The position numbers were made by a program, and so were the translations under genes. This document shows, piece by piece, positions 1-11,959 of a stretch of 64,000 nucleotides of DNA; position 1 is the first letter of the stretch, and each line of letters opens with the position of its first letter. This DNA comes from Octopus vulgaris (Eukaryota): contig OX597815.1 of NCBI GenBank assembly GCA_951406725.2, positions 103,044,001-103,108,000 of the forward strand, given 5' to 3'. The notes beneath the pieces were generated by a model. It saw only the letters and a list, made by a program, of their open reading frames with translations. It was not told the DNA's origin and searched no databases.

Positions 1-648
1 TCCGTGGACCGTGTATCTGCTCTCTCTCCCCGAACCCGCCCTGTAGTCTCCCGCCTCCCTTTTCCCCTCACTTACCACCCCACGACCCTACGTCTCCAAC
101 GCACCATTCTTCGAGCTTTCCGTCATCTCCAGTCCGACCCGTCCACTTCACACCTCTTCCCTAACCGACCCCTCCCCTCTTTCAAACGAGCCCACAACCT
201 TCGAGACCTTTTGGTCCATAGCCCCTTCCCTGACCCTACCTCCCAACCCGGCTCGTTCCCCTGCTCCCGCCCACGTTGCCGCACTTGCTCTTACCTCTCC
301 AACACCACCCGCCTCACTAGCACCCACCATCGACCCTATCCCATCATCCACTCCTTCACCTGCACCTCCAGCAATATTATCTATTGCATCTCTTGCTCTC
401 TCTGCAATTCCTTGTACATCGGACAAACGGGACGCCGCTTGGCTGACCGGTTCGCGGAACACCTTCGTGACATCCACCTTGCGAACGACACACCAGTCTC
501 ACGCCATTTCCGCTCCACCGGTCACTCCTTGCAACACCTATCTGTGTTCGGTTTGTCCTTACACAGAGGCCATCCGGATTCCCGTTTGCGCCGTGAACAG
601 GAATTAATCTACTCTCTTCGCTCTTATACGCCATTTGGTCTCAACTCT
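1..648 (+). mobile_element. Penelope-like element, C-terminal GIY-YIG endonuclease region (ORF enters from the window edge)
   Basis: ORF 4..1074 reads PFPLTYHP...FKRAHNLRDLLV...CSRPRCRTC...FTCTSSNIIYCISCSLCNSLYIGQTGRRLADRFAEH...VSRHF...REQELIYSLRSYTPFGLN, the typical PLE linker, Cys motif and GIY-YIG. Frame is intact; beyond about 650 it runs into low-complexity DNA. Confidence 0.92.
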
Positions 649-1010
649 CCCCCCCCTCCTCATCTAACCTCCCTCTTCCCCCTCCTCACCTATCCTTTCC
701 CCCCGACCCCTATTTCTTCAGTCCTTCATCCTTTCACCCCTACTCCCCTTCCCTTCTTCCCTCTTTCTCCCTCCCTCCTTCCCTCTTCCCCTTCCCTCTG
801 CTCCCTCACTCCCTCTCTCCCCTTCTCTCTCCCCCTCTCCCTCTTTCCTCCTTCCTCCCCTCCTCCCTTCCTTCTCCCCATCCTCTCTCTCCCCCACCCT
901 CTCCTCTTCCCCTCTCTCCTCCCCATCTTCTTCCCCTCCCCTTCTCTCCCCCCTCTTCTTCCCCTCCCCTTCTCTCCCCCTCTTCTCCCCCTCCCCCTCT
1001 TCTCCTCACT
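649..1010. repeat. Polypyrimidine (CT-rich) low-complexity tract
   Basis: Almost purely C/T on the + strand; explains the Pro/Leu/Ser and Gly/Arg/Glu ORFs in the track. Confidence 0.95.
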
Positions 1011-1050
1011 ACACCACACGACGTTACACATCACATCATATATGATGTGC

Positions 1051-1378
1051 CATACTAATACATACACCAATTAATACATACTAATACGTACTAATACATA
1101 CTAATACATACGTCCAGACCCCGCATACGCACTTATACTCTCTCATACACACACACACACACTTATACATACTAATACATACACCAACCCCATACATACG
1201 CACGTCCAGACCAATCCTACGCACTAATACTCTCTCATACACACACATACCCTTATACATACTAATACATACACCAACCCTATACATACACACGTCCAGA
1301 CCCCTCCTACGCACTATTAGCTGGTCCTTCAACCCTATTATCAACCCTATTATCAACCCTATTATCAACCCTATTATC
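1051..1378. repeat. About 90-bp imperfect tandem repeat (about 3 copies) followed by 12-bp tcaaccctatta x4
   Basis: catactaatacatacaccaa...cgtccagacc...cgcact recurs at about 1051, 1168 and 1258; tcaaccctatta repeats over 1329-1378. Confidence 0.85.
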
Positions 1379-1511
1379 TCCCCTTATTTCGCTCTCGCGT
1401 CTCATGTTTGATCTTTGACCTCTGGCCGAAATCAGATCGCCATGTTGATTCGTTAGCTACTGCACGCATTTTTTTCTCTCCTTCTTTCTGTGTTTTTTTT
1501 CTCTCTGTGTA

Positions 1512-1549
1512 TCTTTCTGTTGAAGAGCGTAGGCTCGAAACGTTAAAGA
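1512..1549 (+). ncRNA. Minimal hammerhead-like motif in the PLE 3' pseudo-LTR
   Basis: tcttt-ctgt-TGAAGA-gc gtag gc tc-GAAA-cgtt-aaaga: degenerate CUGANGA core, gagc/gctc hairpin, GAAA, palindromic aacgtt; lies downstream of the GIY-YIG ORF. Confidence 0.5.
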
Positions 1550-1647
1550 CTTGTTTTATTTATATTTCCTGAGCGCCATACTAATACAATTGTTCGTTTG
1601 TTTTCCACCTGCCTTCGTCTTTTGTCTATTTTCATAAAGCTTCCCGT

Positions 1648-1690
<43 letters not shown>

Positions 1691-1705
1691 GTGTATTTTT
1701 TTTTT

Positions 1706-1914
1706 GTACTTGTTTCAGTCATTTGACTGCGGCCATGCTGGAGCACCGCCTTTAGAGTGGTGAAAGAGTACAGCAGGGATCACCACCATCCCCTGCCGGA
1801 GTCTCGTGAAGCTTTTAGGTGTTTTCGCTCAATAAACACACACAACGCCCGGTCTGGGAATCGAAACCGCGATCCTCCGACCGCAAGTCCGCTGCCCTAA
1901 CCACTGGGCCATTG
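1706..1914 (-). mobile_element. tRNA-derived SINE
   Basis: Minus-strand head tggcccagtggttagggcagcggacttgcggtcggagg...ggtttcgattccc (A/B boxes). The 3' part ggcggtgctccagcatggccgcagtcaaatgactgaaac is shared with the SINEs at 32740 and 46990. Confidence 0.85.
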
Positions 1915-1944
1915 TATGTATATGTATATATATATATATATATG

Positions 1945-2445
1945 CATAGAACTGCATGCAGTGGAAGAAGTGTCGTATGTGTCTTTCCAATTCCATAGGG
2001 TCTCACATGCGAGAGACATTCCTCATCTCTCTCACCAAGTTAGCTTTAAGAATGTTTAACTTATCATCGTCTGCAATATCTGTGTTCTTGTGAACAAGGT
2101 ACTTAGAGGCCATGGATTTGGCATAATGGAGTGAAGGATCTGGGCTTTTGTATTCTTGTTTTCCAACCAGAGGTCCGTGTTTTAAACTGAAAGTCTATAT
2201 TTGGGTTGCTTATTAAGGTAGGCTATCTTTATTTTAATACTCTGTCGAATGCTCTCATTAGTCTTAGCTTCTATATCATGAACATTGTCTTGTGGGGGTA
2301 TTTTGGATACTATGTTGACATCATCCACATAGCGGGAGTACATGGTTTGGGTTATGGAGTTCTTTGCTAATTTCTCTTTGATTCTCCTATCCCACCATAC
2401 CATAAATAGTTTAGCCACATGACCAGCGATACTTGCACCGATTGG
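1945..2445 (-). mobile_element. Decayed Penelope-like reverse transcriptase fragment
   Basis: PIGASIAGHVAKLFMVWWD...YSRYVDDVNI (RT motifs 4-5) and downstream LVREMRNVSR; contains stops and frameshifts. Confidence 0.8.
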
Positions 2446-2744
2446 TTGGGGTTAGCTCCGGTCCACCAGTTCCTTCCCTCTCTAGGGATCTTCCTGGCCA
2501 TAGAAGTTATAGCAGGGGTCTACTTCTTACCGATCTAGTGGGGCAAAAACAACTGAGGTCATGTTCTTCTAAGTAACTATTCACATGTCAGTCTCAGGAG
2601 GAAGCACAATTCTTCTGTGTCAACATCAAAAACTCCACAATCCTCTCGCTGTTGGCTTTCAAGTAACTTTGTATATCGTAGGTTAATGGAGAGTGTCGAA
2701 ACGTAATGGATACATACAAACACAAACACGCGCGCACACGCACA

Positions 2745-2960
2745 CACACGTTTATGAATTTGTGTTGTAAGATTCCTGATGTGAAATCGTGTGTTGATAT
2801 TGCAATTCTGGATGGTATTTCCTTTCGCCAAATATACACACGCGCTAAAATTTGTTCTTCACTTGTTTATTACTGTTCTTATTCTAACTCCATTGTCTGG
2901 AAATATTTCAATACACATCTGTGACCTCCTCAGCGACACTTTCCGTCTTTGTGTGTGCTC
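2745..2960 (-). repeat. Interspersed repeat, probable PLE pseudo-LTR/5' end; related to 29320-29560
   Basis: Shares aaatcgtgtgttga and ctgtgacctc(c/a)tcag blocks with 29320-29560, and the short ORFs are similar (INTRFHIRNLTTQIHKR vs FNTRFYVKNIAKQIYKR). Confidence 0.55.
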
Positions 2961-3559
2961 TTGCTCTGCTTATTCCATTCCGTTCTTCTATGATGTGTAT
3001 TCTGTTATGCGCATGCATCTGTATTTGTGTATCGTATGTTAAACTTAATGTGCTACTAAACAACATAGCCACTATTGAATTCACTATCCATGAAGAAATA
3101 CAAATGCAGAGCTCCTCCATCAGATATCATATAGTCCATGTGGAGTAATTATCCATATTCGCACACTTTATTACAGAGTTTGGAAGTATTCACAGTGACT
3201 ATGCCTTGAGACAGACTAACATATTCTATTTTCAATAACCGTATATATGTGGACATACTGATGTCAGCTTCTGTCCAGATATAGTGTTAGTGGTAAGGTT
3301 AATGCTGTTGAATGTGAGATGAAAGATGGGGTTGCTGATGCGTGAGATCTTTAGTGTTGACCAATTTTATTTGTGATACTAAGTTTCGTTTAGTGCTTTA
3401 AATGAGTGTGATGTGGCTGAAATGTGTTGTTGCCAGTGTTTTTTTTAAATAAGGTTAACTTATTACTACAGAAGTATGTATAAGTGCTGAGATTAAATGT
3501 GTGTACACTGTGGGATTCCGCGTGTACAGCGTCTACGAGTATTAGATATATTAGTGTTG

Positions 3560-4420
3560 TTTATTCTGTAATAGTTCCCATCATTCAAACCACTTACAAG
3601 AAAAGCCATAGTAGAAAATTGAACAAATAAAAATGTTAGATTCTTTATTGTGGAATAGAATTTACAGGATTTAATAAATGATGAGCGGTAGTAACAGATT
3701 TATTTAGTGAATATCAGACATTCGTTGGGGCTTCTGATGTAGTGCTAGCTGTTACTCTGTTGATTTAATAACACATCGGCAATTGAACTCTGTTGATATT
3801 TTTTTTATATTATTATCAGTAGGTCATCTTGTTTAAGGAATTTATAATTTTTTCAAATATTTTCTACTTCACCGCCATAAATATTTCTCGATTTTATAAG
3901 ACTGCTATGAAGACGAAAATGACACTGTATATTATGGAGTTTCGATTTTGGTGCATTTAATATACAGAGGACTATGATTCCAAAGACTTTTGTTGAAACA
4001 TTACTATCCATCAACTCAGCGAATTGCGTGGGATAGGTGTCCTTCATACGCCCATTCGCGTCAAATGAAATCAAACATCGCAATTAGTTTATGGAACATG
4101 GTCATAACTTCCGGTTTAATGATTTTAGCATTGAGTTGCGATAGCAATTTTAAAAAAAAGTTTAGTATGGAGTAGAAGTTAGATTAAGTAAGGAACAGAA
4201 CATTACAATACCAAATTGTATGAATTTGAATAACCTTCCGTTGTTGATGCGAATGACCCATTTCACGTTAGAGTTAATATTGTTCCATGCAGCTACGTTT
4301 TTATGCGATTGATTAATTTATCATAAATTTCCTGTCTTTTCTTCCGATTTCAAACTTATAGGATTGTGTTTGCCTTCGGCTTGAAGAACATTTGTTATGG
4401 TCATTAATATTTTATTTTGC
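3560..4420 (-). mobile_element. Highly decayed Penelope-like RT (a second clade)
   Basis: Manual translation with frameshifts gives NPYKFEIGR...AWNNINSNVKWVIRINNGRLFKFIQFGIVMFCS...FDANG, resembling the NPxKSEIGR / QWKNTxxVIxWF / FIQFDIVxFYPS / FDVTMG pattern of PLE RTs. Confidence 0.6.
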
Positions 4421-4767
4421 TTTTGTGAACTGTGCAAAAAGTTAAATGCCCAAATCTGCAGTCGATTAATAATCTAGTTCCTACTCTTTTGTTTTCAAGT
4501 TTTATCAAGTCAATGTGAAAAGCATGATTTTCTTTTCTGGGCTAAATTTCGTATGACATTGGAGATTTTCAGCATTTATATTTTATGAAGATTATTGAAT
4601 TTTGTACACGTAGGCACATATACGCATGTCTCCATCTCCTCGCTCCCTCTCTCTCTCTTTCTCTCTCTCTCTCTATCTGTATGTATGTATGTATGTATGT
4701 ATGTATGTATGTATGTATGTATGTATGTATGTATGTGTGCATGTGTGTGTGTGTACGTGTATGTATG

Positions 4768-4838
4768 TGTAGTAGTCTGTAGTTAAATAGTTGAATGTCT
4801 GTCTATTTCTCTATGACACATGACTGAAAACCACCACA
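4768..4838 (+). repeat. 5' LTR (centre deleted)
   Basis: tgtagtagtctgtagttaaatagttga joined to tctgtctatttct...acatgactgaaaaccaccaca; TG...CA ends. Confidence 0.8.
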
Positions 4839-6146
4839 TTTTACTGAGCTCTATATTACCATCATTAACTGAAGAAATGTGAGATATCATCACAACTCCC
4901 CCGGCAGATGCAACGTATTCATAAATTAAAAAGGAAATTTCGCTCTCTTCCGAAAGGAAGTTTCGAAAACTTCTCAACGACGAGCATTTAGGAGACAGAA
5001 CACCGTCGCAAATGCTCAGAAAAATGCAACAGCTCACCGAGGACAACCCTGCTGAAAGTAAGTTACTTAAACAACTTTTTTCTCCAGATTATCACAGTAT
5101 CTTCAAGGTATGCTCGCCTATTTGACCGATGTTAGCACAGTCGATCAACTTGCAGCGTCGGCAGATAAAATTTTGGAGTATACAAAATCCACTCCAGAAC
5201 AGAACAACTCCCCTTTGCCAGTTGGTACAGTTTCTTCTGAATTTAAGAATTTTGTGAAACTACGCAGAGGACGATCGATAAGCTGATTGCAGAAATTCGT
5301 CTCTTGGGTATCAATAGAAGTTCTTCACATCGTCGCTATCGTTGTTCTAATTGCCGTTCTCCCGGCAGATCAAAACCATTTTTGCTGGTATCATTCTTAG
5401 TTTGGTTCTGCATCCAAGAAATGCATTTCACCTTGTACATTTAAAACTCCTGAAAACTAAAAACCGAACTCTAAGCGTGACCGCAGTTCCTGGCACATTT
5501 TCTCCTATTCGCGCATTTTTCATACTAGATTTCGAGTCTAAGAAGGAATTTCTAGTCGCTTCCGAAGCGTCCTGCAGTATATGGCCTTCTAAATTTGAAA
5601 ACGAAAAACTTTTTGCTTCTGACATATCTCTTCAAGCAGCCAACAGCTCTCTTATTAAAACTTTCGGTGGGATTTCACTCACACTGGACCCGAATCTCAG
5701 AAAAAGTTTCCAGTGGGTTTTCATCATTGCTGACCTTCCTCACCCAATTTTAGGAGCTGAGATTCTTCACTCCTGTATCAAAGAAGATATTGGATATTCT
5801 CCCGCAGAATTACTGCCTGCTCAGATGGTTGTTCCTGCAAACACGCAAGATGTTGACACTACAAATTTCGTTGAACGCTTGCGTGATTATATGTCAAAGT
5901 TACCACACCAGAAAACAAGACGTTAAAACATATTTGCCTAAGGACTACTTTTCCTGGATTCATGATTTTGTTCACAACGACGCCGTTAAACATCCTTTAA
6001 CAGCACCGTATTCAGGAACCTTTCGTGTGCTTTCTTGTACAGATTAAGTTTTCACCTTAGACATTAACGGTCGGAAAGACACTATTTCTGTTGATATATT
6101 AAAAGGGCTCAAATTGAAAAAAACTATTTCCAACCCCACTACAGAC

Positions 6147-6196
<50 letters not shown>

Positions 6197-6415
6197 AACA
6201 CACACACACACACACACACACACCATTACAAACGCGTTCTTTTCACACAGCTTCAGAAACTTAAACTACCAAAACCGGTAGACATGTGCATTGGCCCAAT
6301 AACTTAACAAACATTTATTATATTTGATCTGTGATATTGTTTCTATAGATATTTTATGATGTATACATTTTTGTTATTTTCATTATTGTATAACGTTACC
6401 ACTGCCTAGGCTGTG

Positions 6416-6701
6416 TGTAGTAGTCTGTAGCTAAATAGTTGACTGATTTCTCTTGCAAGAAGGTTCATATAATAACGTCCCTTTACTAAGTTTCTCCAAG
6501 TATCTGTGTCATGAGAAATAATTCTTAATTATTCAAGAAGCTTAACGTTTCTCTTGGAAGTTTCTACAATGTCTAGCGTTCCATTAATGAAAACACATTG
6601 CAAACCTTGCTCTTTGCTACTTAGTCGATTAGACTGAGAGCCATTCACGTCGTTGCTATATCTGTCTATTTCTGTACGCCACATGACTGAAAACCATCAC
6701 T
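6416..6701 (+). repeat. 3' LTR
   Basis: Starts tgtagtagtctgtagctaaatagttga and ends acatgactgaaaaccatcact, matching both ends of 4768-4838. Confidence 0.8.
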
Positions 6702-7005
6702 TAGGTGTTATTTTTAGATTTTCCATCTCTGAACATTCTTGCAAAGTTTACATCATTCAACTAGATTCTACATTTTGATTATGGTTCATCGTTGACCAAT
6801 AAATAAAATATATTTTTATTCAGTAAATATATAGTTCATAAATTTCTTCTTCTCCTCTGTGAGAATTCTTGCAATAATATACACGCAGCCATATCAATGC
6901 TTGATACTGAACATATATTTCCACTACATATCTATGTGCGTACGTGCGTATGTGAACATTTTTACGTAACATTAGCTGTATATATATATATATATATGTA
7001 TATAT

Positions 7006-7072
<67 letters not shown>

Positions 7073-7109
7073 CATACATACATACATAAAAACACTCACA
7101 CTCACACAC

Positions 7110-7152
<43 letters not shown>

Positions 7153-7484
7153 AAAAATGGTAAATAATTTTCCTGTGGTTTTTCATGTAACCAACAATTA
7201 TTTACCGGAAAATTTCGGTATGTAAATACGACAAATTAATTGTCAGGACCTTTGTAAGGTTCAGTATATAGTAAAGAAAAAATAAGAAGGTTAGCAGCAG
7301 GCTGTTTCACCTCATACCGAAGGAATTAGAAATGGCAGTCAAAGACCGTTTTTCCAATTTCTATAAGTGGAGAATCCAAAAACCCAAGTCGCCACTTAGT
7401 TTTAACATCTGCACTCTTCCCCCCACTATCTGATGTCGCTGGGTCAGAAGTGAGGGCTAGTGGCATTTAGTAAAGCTATCGAAT

Positions 7485-7549
7485 ATAGCGCCGATGACGG
7501 AATTCAAACTGATTTCTATGTTTGCGATCCAGAAACATATGTTCGCTAT
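7485..7549 (+). ncRNA. Type I hammerhead ribozyme-like motif (U4C variant), copy 1
   Basis: ATAGCG-CCGATGA-c GGA att CAAAC..GTTTG cga TCC a-GAAA-CATATG-TT-CGCTAT: 6-bp stem I, stem II, palindromic stem III (ACATATGT), GUU cleavage triplet. Confidence 0.7.
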
Positions 7550-8033
7550 TAACGGTAAGTGACTGACTTCGTATATTTGCCACTCCGGTTTTGTGTATGT
7601 GAGCCGTAAGGGCCTTCGTTTTTGGATTCTCCACTTATAGAAATTAGAAAAACGGTCTTTGACTGCCATTTCTAATTCCTTCGGTATGAGGTGAAACAGC
7701 CTGCTGCTAACCTTCTTATTTTTTCTTTACTATATACTGAACCTTACAAAGGTCCTGACAATTAATTTGTCGTATTTACATACCGAAATTTTCCGGTAAA
7801 TAATTGTTGGTTACATGAAAAACCACAGGAAAATTATTTACCATTTTTATTGAATTACCATGTGGATTCCTCATTCCATTACGATTACCCAGAAAGCGCG
7901 CATGGCAGAATTTTGGAGGGAAAATTTACGTTCCCAGTCGCCACTTAGTTTTAACATCTGCACTCTTCCCCCCACTATCTGATGTCGCTGGGTCAGAAGT
8001 GAGGGCTAGTGGCATTTAGTAAAGCTATCGAAT

Positions 8034-8098
8034 ATAGCGCCGATGACGGAATTCAAACTGATTTCTATGTTTGCGATCCAGAAACATATGTTCGCTAT
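8034..8098 (+). ncRNA. Type I hammerhead ribozyme-like motif (U4C variant), copy 2
   Basis: Identical to 7485-7549, 549 bp downstream. Confidence 0.7.
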
Positions 8099-8801
8099 TA
8101 ACGGTAAGTGACTGACTTCGTATATTTGCCACTCCGGTTTTGTGTATGTGAGCCGTAAGGGCCTTCGTTTTTGGATTCTCCACTTATAGAAATTGGAAAA
8201 ACGGTCTTTGACTGCCATTTCTAATTCCTTCGGTATGAGGTGAAACAGCCTGCTGCTAACCTTCTTATTTTTCTTTATTATATATATATATATATATTAT
8301 AGTACACTGTATTAAAAAAAGAAGCACTAACAGTTTTTCACCATTAGACAAGTTGTTAGAGACGTTTAATAACGTGCCTTGTGTCTCCAAGCAATCTCTT
8401 GATTCCAAGTACATGGTTAGCTCAGGACCTTATCACTTGAAATTCCACAAATCCACGATACAAATTAAGAAGGATAACACAAAGAGTGTTGTGGGAAGAC
8501 AAAGAGTGATAAAAAATGTAAGAGAAGGAAAGAAAAGAAAATTCGATTTACGACTCTTTGACCGTACACACACACATATATATATACCAGAGTAAGCACA
8601 TAAATGTGAAACAAGGCGCGAAGAAATAGTACCCGAATATGGGAGGTAGAATAATATGCTTTATTATTAAAGGTGCAAAACATCACAAAAGCATCAGAAA
8701 AAACTTCTAAGAGTTTCACTTTCCCGTTCGTCGAACAACTGTAATTAAGATTCTTAATCACAACTGTCCGACGAACGGAAACGTTAAACCCAAACTAGCA
8801 G

Positions 8802-8862
<61 letters not shown>

Positions 8863-9292
8863 TGTGCATATATGTATGGATGGCTCGATCAATGAGGGCA
8901 CACAATGTCTTAACTAATTTGCTTCTCAATCATAACTTTCTGCACGTATCAAACAAATATTATGTATATTCGTGCATGCACATGAACGCGCATTCTCATA
9001 CGTATGATATATGCAAGCGTAGGGTCATGTGTAAAAATATATGTATGAGTGAAGCGTGTATCAGCGTATGTATGTTTGTGCATATACATACATGTATACA
9101 TTCATTCATACATACGTACATACATACATATTTACACACACGAGCGCGCGCGATCCTGAAGATTTCAGTGCAGTCCGTAGTATCCAACATCGGGTAGATC
9201 ATGTTCATGCATTTGAGCTGTTATATGCATATTCAAAACGTTTTCGTCTTAAGGATATATGCACAAACACACGTGCGTGCGCATACACACAC

Positions 9293-9348
<56 letters not shown>

Positions 9349-9593
9349 CTTTCTTTACGTATATAATTTATGTGTAATTCTGTCTTTACGATTACCTGTA
9401 TAACCTTAATAAGTATATTTTCCTAAACAAAATATTTGTAATAAAAATATATCTAAATGCAACCACCCCTACCCGATAACATATTATTCACACATTTTTT
9501 CCACATAATACATTCTGTTAGCGAATAAATATCCTTATCATTACTCCGTAACTTCAGGTATGTTTCAGCTTCATTTTTTCTTTCACTTTTCAT

Positions 9594-9625
<32 letters not shown>

Positions 9626-10231
9626 TCAATTTTCCTTGGAGCATGCTTTTAAGTAATTTATATTTTATGCATTGAATCTTATTTAATATCAAACCATATA
9701 GCAATTGCATCTTACCTATGCCACAACATTCAAACAATATATTCAACTCTGAATCCTTTCTTTTCCCGAATTGATTGGAAACAATTTAGAAGCAACGTAT
9801 GCATTTATAATTTTTAATTTAGAAGTAGGAGCACAGGATATTTATGAAGAAATACAGGATATTTATATCATAAACTCACAAACAAAATTTATCTTATAAT
9901 ATGAATTACTTAAATCCTTCTTGTTTCTACATTAAAATAAATATAAATACAATTTCACGTGCATTAGTTATGTTACTGGAATTATTGTATTATGTACACT
10001 ACTAACAATACCATTTACCAGAATTCATACATACTTCTCTCATTGTTAAAAATCCTATTACCAAATTTAATCATATCCAGAACTGAAGGTTTATATTTAT
10101 TTTTAAAATTAATTTCATCCATAAGTATTTACATGTTTGTGCAAAAGTTCAACATAGAATGTTTTCACAGGAAAATTTAGAAAAATTATTTTGTGGATAG
10201 GTGCAAGAGTAGCTGTGTAATAAGAATCTTA

Positions 10232-11570
10232 CTTCCGCTTCCGGTTGTGTCAATGTTATTCTTACACCGTTGAAGTCGTCACAATGCTTTGCAGCTGGCG
10301 AAATGTTGACTGAAAAGAAGCTTAACTGTAAGGTAAAACTTTTGATTTTGGGGTCCAGTGGGGGTTTGTTGTTTGCTGTAATATTTTTTGTACAGACTAG
10401 AAATCCGCACTGGATTCTGAATTCTGGTCTGCCTACAGTTGGGCAAAATCTTTTTACGTTAAGTGAATAGTTCACACTTAATTGTGAGAATTGGTGTCTT
10501 GGGGGCGTATCTCGCCTCCAAAAATAGTTGGATTTTTTTTCACTAATTTTTGGTGAAATTTGTGGAAGTTGTGTTCCGGTTTCTAATCTCACTTAATTGT
10601 GAGAATTAATGTTCTGGGGGCGTATCCCGCCTCCGAAAAATTGTGAAATATTTTGAAAAATTCTACCAATTTGTGGCTAATTTTTGTGTGTGTGTTTTCC
10701 TGCTGCTGAAACCCTGGCGTACTTTATTGTAGTACCTTTTTAGGAACACCTGTTGGACTGGAGTACCTAGTGGCAGGAAAAATTGTCTGCTGTGTTCTTG
10801 AACTGTCTTCCTTCTTTCATTTTTTCTACTCTATCTGCCTGCTCTTTTTTTTGTTTTTTGGACTTTATTTAGACTTTTTATCTGAACTATTTATTGGACT
10901 TTTTCTGCAAGCATGGCAAAGAAGGTAAAGACTGCGTGGGAGTCGGAGATTGTCCCAACCAAGCAGTGGTTAAAAGAATTAAATGAGAGAACGCTGGTGT
11001 TGAGGACTTATTCTAAGTCACTTGACACCATTACGGCCTTTCCCAAAGTTGAAATTGATAAAGAGTTGGCAGAATATCTGCCAACTATTAAGTTTATTGC
11101 CAGGGGTGTTAAGTGCGCAACGGCGTGGTTGCTGTTTGACACCCCTAAGTTGGCTCGCATGTTTGCGAGCCAGCCTTTAGAAGAGCAAAAGATTCCATTT
11201 CTTCCTTGGGTTAGTGGGCTGCCACCCGAGATAGAACCCGAGTGGATAGAGGACACTATCCACTGGGGTCTGGGTGGCAGTGGAGCCAAGATCTTCAATG
11301 TAAAAATTTTGCCTGCGGCTTATTGGGTGGGACCAAAAGCGGTTTTGACACTGGACCCAATCAGACAAAGATCTGATGTTGCCGGATTCTTTGAAAATGG
11401 CCGGTTCTATATATCCGGTGATTTTTGAGGGATGTCCCCCACCAAGTGTCACCTGTGCCCGGAACCAGGCCATATTAAAAAGAACTGCTCCAAGGATGAA
11501 GGAATGGTCCTGGAACAGCTAGTGATGGAAGAACGCGCGCCCCTTCCTTCGGGGGAGATGCGGATGTACA
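10232..11570 (+). mobile_element. L1/Tx1-like LINE 5' part: 5' UTR plus decayed ORF1 (gag-like), 3'-truncated
   Basis: ORF 10913..11428 (RRM-like WVSGLPPEIEPEWI) continues past one stop into CCHC knuckle CHLCPEPGHIKKNC. The T-rich leader has an internal duplication (cacttaattgtgagaatt...ggggcgtatc at about 10474 and 10590). Confidence 0.7.
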
Positions 11571-11959
11571 AATTCCATCACAAAGATGTATACTTCTCTA
11601 AATTTATCGCTCTCTCTGAAAGAAGTTATTACATAAACCTCATCTTAATAGATTTCAAATCTGCCTTACCGAATTGAAATTTATTTGGGTTCGACCCAAG
11701 CATTGTGAATATGTGTTCGTGTGTGTGCGTGCGTGTGTGTGCGTGCGTGTGTGCGTGTGTTTGTGTGTGCGTGTGCATGTGCGTTAGTGTGTGCTTCGCG
11801 CATGCTTTGTCTGAAATTGAAGTCTGTCATTATTTTTCGTCAACATAGTGAGCGTACTTCGTAGATATCAAATGAGAGATACTTTCATATTACATGATTT
11901 AACGAAATATATTAGATATGCTGCGTTACTTATGAACACCAGTTAAATATATGGTCATC

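Larger units (their letters stand above)
4768..6701 (+). mobile_element. Internally deleted Ty3/Gypsy LTR retrotransposon (CsRn1-like clade)
   Basis: Gag remnant LLNDEHLGDRTPSQMLRKMQQL, CHCC knuckle CWYHS*FGSASKKCISPC, protease remnant FLVASEASCSIWP...FIIADLPHPILGA fused directly to integrase C-terminus KEDIGYSPAEL...NDAVKHPLTAPYSGTFRVL...INGRKDTISVD. Flanked by matching LTR ends. Confidence 0.88.
7146..8278 (+). mobile_element. Non-coding 549-bp tandem unit with an inverted 5' arm and two hammerhead folds (non-autonomous PLE / retrozyme-like)
   Basis: 7146-7383 is the reverse complement of 7618-7855; about 7387-7729 is repeated at about 7936-8278 (offset 549). Copies are nearly identical and both flanks are (TA)n. 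Confidence 0.8.

Noticed and set aside
649-1074. Pro/Leu/Ser-rich C-terminal extension of the PLE ORF as a real domain
   Set aside because: A C/T-only tract cannot contain stop codons, so the open frame is uninformative.
1845-1914. tRNA-like sequence on the minus strand
   Set aside because: It continues directly into a SINE body and lacks a proper acceptor stem, so it is a SINE head rather than a tRNA gene.
7457-8218. Two identical 70-aa ORFs (MAVKDRFSNF...)
   Set aside because: A by-product of the tandem duplication, antisense to the hammerheads, with no recognisable domain.
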